Virus record (IMG/VR): IMGVR_UViG_2786546905_000002
Location: 15,455 to 79,454 of that record
Length of the DNA: 64,000 nt
DNA from: a virus
Lineage: Duplodnaviria; Caudoviricetes
Strand: one strand, 5' to 3'
Below are positions 26,701 to 35,400 of this stretch, one piece after another. Made by a program: the position numbers and the translations under genes. The notes under the pieces were generated by a model. It was given only the letters and a program-made list of their open reading frames with translations. It was not told where the DNA came from and did no database searches. The stretch's first letter is position 1, and each line of letters begins with the position of its first letter.

Positions 26701-29332
26701 CGTTACCAAAGCGAACGCGGTAATCTTTACCTGCGCTGTTAGTCAGTGTGATAACGGTTTGGTTGGTCCAGTCTTTGGAGCTGTATTGATAGCCTGCGAT
26801 TAAAAGCTTCACAGATTCGTTAGCCGCGTAGTCGAAGATAGACACCTCGAACGACAACATATCGCTTTGGCCTTTAGTGATAGTTGGCAGTTTGATCTTG
26901 ATTGCGCCGGTAGCCGATGAAGCGCCATTGTAAAGATAAGCACCAGCTGGGGCAGGAATGCGACCACCGTTGGCGTTATCTTTCAGATAAGGCGCATGGC
27001 CACTCGCCCATTGCGTATTACCCGTAACTACGTCGTCAGCGTCAGAACGAATAAGCTGAGAGGCGCTTAACCCATCTAGTTTTGAAGCATTATCCGCTTT
27101 CGCATTTTTAGCTAGATAGTAGCTATCACCTTGAGCTTTTGTAATCTTGCTGGCTGCAAGGTTATAGGCTGACACCGCTTTGTCGTAGGCGACTTTTACC
27201 GCCTTTGGCGTTGCGGCCAATGTTTCACTGGTGGAGTTGACCGCCGTCAGTAGCTTGGTAGCACCATAAGCAGCTTTTGACGCAACAACATAGGTCCATT
27301 TTGAGTTGGCCTTGTTTAGTGCTTCGACGCCTTTATCGTGCGCAGCTTTTACAGCCTTTGAGCTGCCGACCGTAGAGCTTGATGATGATGTGACAGAATC
27401 CGAAATAGACGACTTTGCAACTTTAGTGTTAGCCGTGTTAATCGCCGCGATACCTTTATCATGCGCGGTCTTAACTGCTTTCGAACTGGCCACGGTTGTA
27501 TTTGAACTTGATGTGACAGATTCAGAAATGACCGCTTTCGGGATCATCGTATTGGCTTTGTTGAGCGCCTCGACGCCCTTATCATGCGCAATCTTAGCCG
27601 CTTTTGAGCTGGCAATATCTTCGCTCGAATCAGACGTAACCGAATCAGAAATATCGGCCTTGGCCACTTTAGTGCTGGCCAAGTTGTACGCTTGGTTTGC
27701 TCGGTCGTTCGCGGTCTTAACGGCTTTAGAGCTACCAACATTTGTTTGTGAATCAGACGTAACCGAATCAGAAATGACCGCTTTCGGGATCATCGTGTTG
27801 GCCTTGTTCAGCGCTTCGACGCCTTTGTTGTGCGCAATCTTAGCCGCTTTTGAACTGGCAACGTTTGTTTGTGAATCAGAGGTAACGGAGTCTGATACCT
27901 GAGTCTTGGCTACCTTTGTATTAGCAAGGTTGATCGCATCTACAGCTTTGTCGAATGCTGTTTTAATTGCCTTGGAACTACCAACGGTCGTTTTAGACGC
28001 CGACGTAACTGAGTCAGAGATAGACGTTTTGGCCACCTTGGTGTTAGCAAGGTTGATCGCTTCTACTGCTTTATCAAAAGCAATCTTAACGGCTTTAGAA
28101 CTACCAACGGTCGTTTGTGAAGCTGAGTTGATAGCGTCAGAGATAGACGTTTTAGCCACTTTGGTGTTAGCAAGGTTGATCGCCTCCACCCCTTTATCAA
28201 AGGCCGTCTTAACCCCTTTTGCGCTCGCGTAGATAATCTCAGATGGATTATTGATAGCGCTTGTGATGTTACGGTTCCCCTCATGGAAAACCTTATGATT
28301 GGCCCATTTAAGCAGACCGTTACCATCACTGGTTAGAGAGAATGATTTGCCGTCAGAACGGTTCAAAAATCGCAGTGCGCCAATGATGCCGGTGTTATCT
28401 GGGCGGTGGCCCTCGATATCGACATTTGAGTTTGCTTCGTCTGCAGACTTAACCTTAAACGCACCAGTAAAGGTCCAAGCAGCTGTGACCGTTTGAGCCT
28501 TAGTTTTCGCCTTTTCCCACCATTGCTGAGTGCGAAGCGCGGTCATGATCTTGTTGTTCGTCGATCCCGCCTCGGCGTCGGCTTGGGTGGCCGTTTCGTC
28601 GTTATGCCAGTATTTAGGGAACGGGTTATGCTCGGCTTTTAGGTTGTTGATAGCTCGCCAGAGCTGGGAAAGTTTAACGTGCTTAACTGCAGTGGATTTA
28701 CCATCAATTTCAGCATTGTTCGCGGCGTTATCTTCGCGCTCGTACTGTTCGTGTGGATCTAGTTCGTCTTTGTGCGCGTCAAGGTCATAACCACCCGCTT
28801 TGCGATCTTCGTAATGGAAGTTAGACGGTTGCAGGCTTGTCGCACCATCCGGTACCACGACTTTCGCTAAGATTAAGTGATGAGGCTTTACGTCGCCTTT
28901 TGGAAGCACTTTGACGCTGGCCGCATCGACCGTCGCATCTTTACTCACCTGCTTGGTTTTCACGCCATGCTTATAGAACGCTTCAAGAACGACATAGGAC
29001 GTAGCACCAGCTGGTACCGGTAAGACGATATCGTGCTGCTGTCTTACCGTTAATAGGAAGTCTTCACGCTCGATGAGAGCAACACCAAAATCAACGGCTT
29101 TTCCATTTTGGCTTTGAGTGTTTTTGATCTTAACGTTTAGGCCTTGGTCTGGTAGACAGGCAAAACCACGATAGATACCGGCGCGAGCAACACCAAAGAA
29201 CTTGCGGTTGATACTGGTCGATGATGCGATTTCAAGGTACTGAGTATCTGTGATAAGAGGTAGTTGCTGGGTATCAGCAACACTCAAAGGCAAGATCACC
29301 GTTTCTTTAACTTGAGGGGTTTGGTCGCTCAT
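23756..29332 (-). CDS. S: Long tail fibre, P1 gpS-like N-terminus (1858 aa)
   Basis: TDTQYLE...INRKFFGV...GIYRGF resembles the gpS N-terminus; ISDSVTS...SSKAVK repeats; follows R. Confidence 0.85.
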   Translation of the reverse strand: MSDQTPQVKETVILPLSVADTQQLPLITDTQYLEIASSTSINRKFFGVARAGIYRGFACLPDQGLNVKIKNTQSQNGKAVDFGVALIEREDFLLTVRQQHDIVLPVPAGATSYVVLEAFYKHGVKTKQVSKDATVDAASVKVLPKGDVKPHHLILAKVVVPDGATSLQPSNFHYEDRKAGGYDLDAHKDELDPHEQYEREDNAANNAEIDGKSTAVKHVKLSQLWRAINNLKAEHNPFPKYWHNDETATQADAEAGSTNNKIMTALRTQQWWEKAKTKAQTVTAAWTFTGAFKVKSADEANSNVDIEGHRPDNTGIIGALRFLNRSDGKSFSLTSDGNGLLKWANHKVFHEGNRNITSAINNPSEIIYASAKGVKTAFDKGVEAINLANTKVAKTSISDAINSASQTTVGSSKAVKIAFDKAVEAINLANTKVAKTSISDSVTSASKTTVGSSKAIKTAFDKAVDAINLANTKVAKTQVSDSVTSDSQTNVASSKAAKIAHNKGVEALNKANTMIPKAVISDSVTSDSQTNVGSSKAVKTANDRANQAYNLASTKVAKADISDSVTSDSSEDIASSKAAKIAHDKGVEALNKANTMIPKAVISESVTSSSNTTVASSKAVKTAHDKGIAAINTANTKVAKSSISDSVTSSSSSTVGSSKAVKAAHDKGVEALNKANSKWTYVVASKAAYGATKLLTAVNSTSETLAATPKAVKVAYDKAVSAYNLAASKITKAQGDSYYLAKNAKADNASKLDGLSASQLIRSDADDVVTGNTQWASGHAPYLKDNANGGRIPAPAGAYLYNGASSATGAIKIKLPTITKGQSDMLSFEVSIFDYAANESVKLLIAGYQYSSKDWTNQTVITLTNSAGKDYRVRFGNDGTSHCLWIGELNSTWNHLQIGVFNVLVGYSADATKYAAGWTVSITSQFDTVQDTVSASLPAAQTATKLQSARTIALAGDATGSTTFDGSGNKTITVTVKDDSHNHVIGNIDGLSTELNNIKKAIDTKLGKTSTAVKAHDAHRLEAVDDRDVQPKTSGISARKAVKPFFVSSPTVGAGSGYSDLLLLDTYSDATGGKPNALAFSKTAKKIFHLQPDYDSTSWGVASAIYTEANKPNKNDVGLNHVVNAPQTSAVNDSSTTKYATAKGAKTAYDRGTEALNAANAKVAKSSISNSVSSTSTTTVASSKAVRDTYNRAVAAENNAKNHTNAEISKLLGGATQQDLDTIRELGEALKDNDSDIGAINTELGKKANKTTKVSVSGPLTGGGDLSANRVIGIKDATTGQKGAVQLTDSVGSTSQVLAATARAVKKAHDKGVEALNKANSKWTYVVASKTTYGATKLLTAINSTSETLAATPKAVKMAYDLAASKLSKSQGDSYYLGKTDRAADTSKISGHTLSRIVPFNSQSDFTHGTLIKTDLTSSEKNGPSFVMEITGKSYSGAPPFSVTAQGYLYNNGFMSVSALALSGEFTDKITMMNGSDGKLWFWFPRMGYWQSFSVMVWDANGKGQRINRVVDIVDSTKPTSSKKVDVSVAKAYSTHHKPTAAEVGAQPKHVKLDNFVKSFWDTNGNQDLLCRGKRALVGHSTLGLEINYGNDFGKITINGQTTFRNPVLNQSYIGRTAHAAGYMVGSYNNVGENSGKTNPIYTIGSNYQPSDTSLGNMYGIGYSHTNAGFLKAAKDAGCIGWGAYFASDGDARAYISAEKGRMWVSDCFIEGSQKLSAKYLGINDDAKQSKQLAVNSESVKTLQLTANAWKGLLNNSDFKGGSGVYQILIQYSSAGKGGNAYTQSYTGQFYWFAGGTNQVDLSEIPLHNMGHADNSEYIFLRTRTELGNKIDQKVEIMCNKSLSKAVPFTVKLAKIMG
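27120..28270 (-). repeat. About nine tandem 41-aa (123-bp) fibre shaft repeats
   Basis: Unit ISDSVTSxSxTxV(G/A)SSKA(V/A)KxAxDKxVxAxNxANTKVAKxx. Confidence 0.85.
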
Positions 29333-29334
29333 AA

Positions 29335-29796
29335 TTAACCCTCCACAATCGCAGATTGCAGTGAGTCACTACGGGCGGTTTTGATGATGATCTCTAGAGA
29401 AACACCACGGTGTGAATACACCCATACCGGCTGAGTTACAGCAATGGCAACGTAATTGCCTTTCTGGTCTTTAATACCGACACAAGAAAATTGATGCTGT
29501 GCGCCATCAGGAAAGGTACCGGCTGGTAAGCTGGCCGTTACAACGATATTCCCGTTAACGTAGGTGTAGTTGGCATCAGAGGTGTGAAAGATGCCTTGAA
29601 TGCTTTGCTTATCGGTAGGGATTGGCTGACAACTTGGTTTACCGCCAATTTCTTCGATTAAATCATAGCCCCAGTCGATCTGGCCGAACTGGAAAAAAGC
29701 GCTGTAACCATTAGGCAGACTAGATAAGGCTCGCTCATCATAGTATTTGTCTAATAGTTCAGATCTTTCTAAGACAATATTAGATTGTGATTGCAC
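29335..29796 (-). CDS. R: gpR-like tail fibre structure/assembly protein
   Basis: SELLDKYYDERALSS resembles P1 gpR; GTG start with AGGTG RBS. Confidence 0.7.
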   Translation of the reverse strand: MQSQSNIVLERSELLDKYYDERALSSLPNGYSAFFQFGQIDWGYDLIEEIGGKPSCQPIPTDKQSIQGIFHTSDANYTYVNGNIVVTASLPAGTFPDGAQHQFSCVGIKDQKGNYVAIAVTQPVWVYSHRGVSLEIIIKTARSDSLQSAIVEG

Positions 29797-29844
29797 TGCG
29801 TCACCTGTGAGGTTAGCGCAGCGTCTTGAGCTGGGGAGCTTTTT

Positions 29845-30687
29845 CTAATAGTACACTCTATCTAGAGCCAACGCATCAAGTGGAATGGCATCTAATCTAG
29901 GGCTGGTATAAACCGGTGTTACGGGTTTGTCTTCTGTGATTGGAATTTTAGTTTGGGCCGTGGTTTTCTGGCTATCTGTTGAACATTCAACCTGTGTGAT
30001 TGGTTCTATATAAGTCTTGGTCGATGTGCTTTGTTCTACCCATTCAATCAGCTCGATGATATTAAGCTTGATGTAGTACACGTTACCGTCACAAGAGATA
30101 CGCAGCGGGATAAGTGGATAGATTACTTGTCGAATACGCGCCTCAAAGGCTCGGATCTCTTCCTCACCAATGCCTCGCGAACCTGACTGAATCATGTTTA
30201 CTGGGATGCGAATTACACCGCGACTTGTAAGGAAAAAGTCTTCACGCTTTAGATCGTGAAAGTCATCTAGTTTGTCTTCCTGAACAAACAAAGTGCCGTA
30301 AGGGTAACGATCTTGGTCGATAGGTGCATAGAGCCTAATCCACTCAACATTCATCCCGTTAAACTCACGCGAGATTGTGGCCATGAGTGGGTAAACGGTT
30401 TTCTTAAAGTGAATTTCATCCCGACGCTGCATGATAACGTGAGGTAAATCCTCATCCGACACGTCACCCAAAGGGAAGATCTTGCGGAGCTCTTTGGTTT
30501 CTTCCAGTAGGTCGGTTTTGTTCATTTCATAAATGGAGCTGCGAGTTTTTAGCCGGTCGATGTAGGTTTCGACGTGGTTCTCCAGCACCTCACCAAATGC
30601 GAGCACAAAATCAGACCAGCTCTGCTCATTTTTTTTAGCGTTAGTAAGCTGGCCCTTAAGCCAGCTTTTGATTTTCGATTCAGACAT
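29845..30687 (-). CDS. 16: Baseplate protein, P1 gp16-like
   Basis: QRRDEIHFK, REFNG, YAPID...PYGT, FLTSRG. Confidence 0.8.
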   Translation of the reverse strand: MSESKIKSWLKGQLTNAKKNEQSWSDFVLAFGEVLENHVETYIDRLKTRSSIYEMNKTDLLEETKELRKIFPLGDVSDEDLPHVIMQRRDEIHFKKTVYPLMATISREFNGMNVEWIRLYAPIDQDRYPYGTLFVQEDKLDDFHDLKREDFFLTSRGVIRIPVNMIQSGSRGIGEEEIRAFEARIRQVIYPLIPLRISCDGNVYYIKLNIIELIEWVEQSTSTKTYIEPITQVECSTDSQKTTAQTKIPITEDKPVTPVYTSPRLDAIPLDALALDRVYY

Positions 30688-30695
30688 GTTTTCCC

Positions 30696-32084
30696 TTAGT
30701 TGTAATTAAAACGAATAGTCGAGTTTTCTAGATCTAAAAATTGATAAGTGTCGACTGGAATCTCATTTACAAGGCCGATGCATTTCACTTCGAACTGCTC
30801 GATGCCAAGAGGGATTGATTCACTTTCAATCGATTTCCAGATCGTGTTTTTGTAGACCTGTTCGCTTTGCTTGGCGCTGCGACCAAAGCGTTTGGCCAAC
30901 ATGGCCGAAATGGCTTTTTCTACGTCCGTTGGGTTAATACCATTTAGCACCGAGCCGGTTACTTCGACCGTGTACTTGTGATCGCGTCGTGGCGAGAATA
31001 TATAGTTCTCGTTGTAACCCTCACGCCCTTTGAATATTTCTAGGATCTCAGCCTTAAGTGCATCGTCGGTTTTGATATCGGAATAAGCGGAAATAAAGAT
31101 TGTGTTGATGTTCTTTAAGTCTGCCTTACCTGTCAGCTTCTCTTGGGCCTTTTCACCCCAAACAGACATCCACACGATACCGGCCACGTTGTTGGTAATG
31201 AACGTACTGTAATCGGCATCCCATGACAGCTGATCATCGTAAACGGTTGAGTAAAGCGCACTGTTGCGGATTGATTCGATATCTTCGCCACCAGCACCGC
31301 CGACAATGGCGGTTTTGGTTTTGACTTCAATCGGGATTTTCTGGCCATCAAAGCCCTCGCTATCAATGAGCTCTAAAGGTTGGTCGTTAAGTAGTGTCGA
31401 ATCGCCCACGGTAAGCCAAAGCTCGACCTCAATAACATCACCCTCTTTTGGTGCCTTGCCTGTAATGTTGTTACCAAATCGCACACCCAGCTGATCAGAT
31501 GCCTTGTAATATTCCATGTAGGCTTTGGTTTCTGGACCACAGTTGCGGAACTTAAATGAGTGCTTCCAGAGCTCACCATTCACTCGAATCACCACGTTAT
31601 GAATTTGCTCGGTAATATCATTAGGGAACAAGATCGATAACCAGTTTTTCTCATCAGTCACAACATGGCGCATCTTGGAGATTTCTAGTTGTTTGACTAA
31701 GTACTCGCGAGTTTCGTTTGCCTGCAGTTCGACACTATCCATGATGGTGTATCGCAGCTGGTTTGGTCCGAGGGCTTGAGTCAGCGCGGGTAATGTTTCT
31801 CGAAATGGTCCTGTATTTTTTAGGATGGCTGTACCACTGGATGGTGCAATTTTCCGACCTACATAACCTGCCCCCTCGGCACCGGCCAGAATGGAAGATC
31901 GGCGCGTGGCCAGTGTTAAAAATGACTCTTGGAGCGTTCGCTCGGAAGCTTGCGCGACACGCTCAATGATTTGAGCGACAAACAGAGCAATGTAAGCGAC
32001 AAACTGAGAACCAATGAAGCGCTGCCACCAATCGGATTGCTTCAATAGGTTTTCAAAGTCTTGTTTGATTTGCTCTTTATTCAT
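30696..32084 (-). CDS. bplA: Baseplate wedge protein BplA-like
   Basis: FIGSQFV and ATRRSSILAGAE. Confidence 0.85.
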   Translation of the reverse strand: MNKEQIKQDFENLLKQSDWWQRFIGSQFVAYIALFVAQIIERVAQASERTLQESFLTLATRRSSILAGAEGAGYVGRKIAPSSGTAILKNTGPFRETLPALTQALGPNQLRYTIMDSVELQANETREYLVKQLEISKMRHVVTDEKNWLSILFPNDITEQIHNVVIRVNGELWKHSFKFRNCGPETKAYMEYYKASDQLGVRFGNNITGKAPKEGDVIEVELWLTVGDSTLLNDQPLELIDSEGFDGQKIPIEVKTKTAIVGGAGGEDIESIRNSALYSTVYDDQLSWDADYSTFITNNVAGIVWMSVWGEKAQEKLTGKADLKNINTIFISAYSDIKTDDALKAEILEIFKGREGYNENYIFSPRRDHKYTVEVTGSVLNGINPTDVEKAISAMLAKRFGRSAKQSEQVYKNTIWKSIESESIPLGIEQFEVKCIGLVNEIPVDTYQFLDLENSTIRFNYN

Positions 32085-32425
32085 AGTCGTGTTTCCTTTT
32101 TGATATCTTGCTGGCCAAGGATCCCCACTTGAATTGAGTAGGTATCTACTTCGTGAGGTTTGACTGAAATGTGTGTAATCACCGCGCTTGGAACATCCTC
32201 TGGCAGGTTCATTAAGATTGAGTTCTCAATGGCTGCGGCGGTATCGTCACAGATCGGTAAATGTTTATATTGCTTGAGCTTGTTACCCCATTGCGGAGCT
32301 CCCCAAATCTCCCCTTGGGGAGTGTCTAACCATTCCGCGACTCGAACGGCTACGGCTTGGTCTTCCCCGTAGGTATTAACACCGTCAATGTTTAGATTGA
32401 GTAGGTAATCAATTTCTTGGCTCAT
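32081..32425 (-). CDS. pmgA: PmgA-like baseplate (sheath initiator) protein
   Basis: EWLDTPQGEIWGAPQWGN. Confidence 0.8.
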   Translation of the reverse strand: MSQEIDYLLNLNIDGVNTYGEDQAVAVRVAEWLDTPQGEIWGAPQWGNKLKQYKHLPICDDTAAAIENSILMNLPEDVPSAVITHISVKPHEVDTYSIQVGILGQQDIKKETRL

Positions 32426-32428
32426 CGG

Positions 32429-35400
32429 TTACTCCAAGTCAGCGCTTTGGCGCTGCAGTGAATGATCGTTAAAGTTGTTTGGAATAGCCCCCGTGCTCTT
32501 ACTTGTTGATGCTGGAGTACTGTCTTTCGCTTTCACTGGACCGCCGTATCGGTAGATCTCTTTGGTGTTGGTACCACCAGCGGCCTTGCCGACCTCTTTG
32601 ATGGCATCAAGAGACGCCTTATCGAGCGTGACCTCTTGCTTGCTGGATTCACTTTTCAACTTCTCCGCGTCACGTTGTGCATAAATCTGGTTAACACTTT
32701 CGTTTTGGGCGATCTGATTAGTCGCCGTGGCCACGGTCTGGGTTGAGGTAGGCTGAGAAGCTTGCGCTACGTTCTTGGCTTGGCTCTGACGGCTTTGGCG
32801 CTCGATGAATGCCACACTGTTAGCCAGCTGGGTGTCTGCGCTGGTTTCAGTGTTATCACTGATAGATTTCATCGACTCCAGCTGTTTGGAGCGATCCACT
32901 TCGCTTGCTTCGGTCTGGGCCGTATTGCTTTGTGATTCCGTTGCTAGCTGGTTGGATTTTTCAATGGCTGTGCTAACACTCTCAAGCTGAGCGGCAGCTG
33001 CAGTGTGTGAAGCTTGGGTTACTTCATTGCTCATTACCGTGCGTTCACTGATCGCCCCAATGCTTTCAAGTTGCTTGTCTACATTGCTTTGAGAGGCTTG
33101 AACCGTTGAGCTTTGTGATGTGCTCTGGCTTGCGCTTTCCAATGCTTTGCTTACGCTTTCTACTTGATTGTTTTCTGCAGAGGTTTGGCTCGCTTGGCTG
33201 GTGGATTGATCGCTGCTTCGCTCGATGAGCTGGCTATCGTTCTGCTTTGAAATTTGGCTGTCAGATTGGCTGTCGCTTTGCTGTGACGCCTTTTCAAGCG
33301 CGTTGCTAATGTGACTTACCTCATTTGCACTCGTCGCCTGTGAGGCCTCGCTGGTGCTGCTGGTTGCCTGTGTTGTTTCGTTGATGCCTTGAGCTCGAAG
33401 TTCAGAACGTTCGCGTGCTGATAACTGGCTTCGTGAGTCACTAGCTGTATGGCTCTCTTGTGTTCCAGTTTCGCTGCTACGTTCTTTCGCTTCGGTGGCC
33501 ACATCACTTGAGCTCACAACATGCTGACGTTCTGCCGCTTCGATAGCATGGGTAGACTGGCGATCTCTCACTTGTTCAGTCGAGCTTTGATCACTTGACG
33601 CTTTCTCTTGCGCTTCGCTTACTAGTGACGACTGGCTACGTTCACTGCTTGAGCTTTGAACCTTATTACTTTGGCTTGATGCTTCGCTTTGAGTGGCTTG
33701 ATGTGCGCTTTCGGAGACAGAAACCACCGAATCTATCTGGGAGTCAGACGCAACTTGTACAGCTTCGCTATGAGTACCGGTTTGATTGTTTTCGGAGCTT
33801 TCAGAGCGAGCGTTAACTTGCTCACTCTCTGTTGAGCTTTGCTCGCTGGTTTGCCCTGACTTATCCACGGTTGACGCGCTAGTACCATGAGTTGAAACAG
33901 ACGACGCTTGGCTATCAACATGATCCGAGGCTGCAATCTCACTTACTATGCTGACGCTTTCAGCTTGTGTTAAATCTTGAACCTGACTCGCTTCACTCGC
34001 GCTTGAGCTTTGTAATGAATCCAAGCCCGTGGTTGCCTCGATACGTTCGCTTTCTGCTGTTGTGTCGACACTGTTTGAATTGCGTTCATGCGTTGTGCCA
34101 TCCGTCTTAGATGACTGCTCAGAGGCTTGAGAACTAGCCGAGGATGCTTGGCTATCTGTGGTTTCGCTTTGGCTTGCGCTTTCCAAAATAGAGGCGGTGC
34201 TGGCCAGTGGTGTATCGATATTGGTGTGCTCTGCTTGGCTGGTACCTTGCGAGATTTTAGTGTTGATATCTTCAAGCCTAGAGGCTGTCTCGATATCAAC
34301 AAACCCACCATTGGCGAATGAGCTTTCGCTGTTCGCTTCTTGGATCTTCGCCACTTCCTCACGGCGTTTGATTTCAGCATCGACAACGGCCAGCTGTGCT
34401 TCTTTCTTGCTGCTCGATACAAGATCACCGCGCTCTGTTGCGACCTTGCCATCAATCGGCTGACCGATCTCGGAGGACACACTCTCGCGCTTCTCTTTTA
34501 GCTCTTTGTCGCGCTGCTCTTTAACGCTTTTAGCTTGGTTGTAAGAAATCCCCTCTTCATTGGCAATCGCCCATGTAGCCTGCATTTGACTGTAGGCGTC
34601 GTTTTTCCTTTGGTTCTCTTGTAGCGTGCGGCTAGATTGGCTATTACCAGTATTCATTGCGCTGTTGTGAATAGCTTCGGCTTTGAATCGTGCCTCTTCC
34701 TGCTCACTAAACGTTTTGGCCACGCTATCCTGATCGCTTTGAGTGCTAACTTGCTGGCTGACTGCAGACGCACTTTGAGTGCTTTCATCAGTGGTTTGAT
34801 TGGCGTTCGTCGTGCTTTCGGTTTTGCTGTCGCTTTCAGTGGATTCACTCTCGCTATCATCACCGGCAAAGAATGAATAAATGCCCTTGGCCATATCACC
34901 AGAGGTAAAGCTCATTGCTTCTTGCGCACCCTCAATCCCCAGCGCTTCAAGGCCAGAGCCGATTAACCCAGCACCACCGCTAACAAGACCACCCATATCA
35001 AGGACCGACGCTAGAGCCATACTAGACTTTTGCCCTGTGGTAGCTTCTTCACCCTCTTTGAGATTGAATGTTTCACGCTGACGCTCAGTGTCAGTAAATC
35101 CACTAAATGCGTCATAGGCCATTAACGCTGGAGCGAGTAAAGGAACGGCTTTTGCGGCTACACCACCAATCTTTGAAAGACCTTTAAACGCGGTACCGGC
35201 CATAGAGGTTCCTTTGGCCATTAGCGAGGATCCTTTGCCAGCTGCGCTACCTGCTACGTCACTCGCACCGGACAGAACCGAACGAATACGGCCACCTCTT
35301 CGGGTACCCTTGGCACCTTTACCTTTGCGACCTCTTCGACCTTTGCGATCCTCTTTGTCACGGCCAAACATATCACCGGCCAGATCCATAAGGCCACCAC

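Noticed and set aside
21677-29332. Diversity-generating retroelement or shufflon acting on the fibres
   Set aside because: No reverse transcriptase or invertase in the window; repeats are direct, and differences are not adenine-specific.
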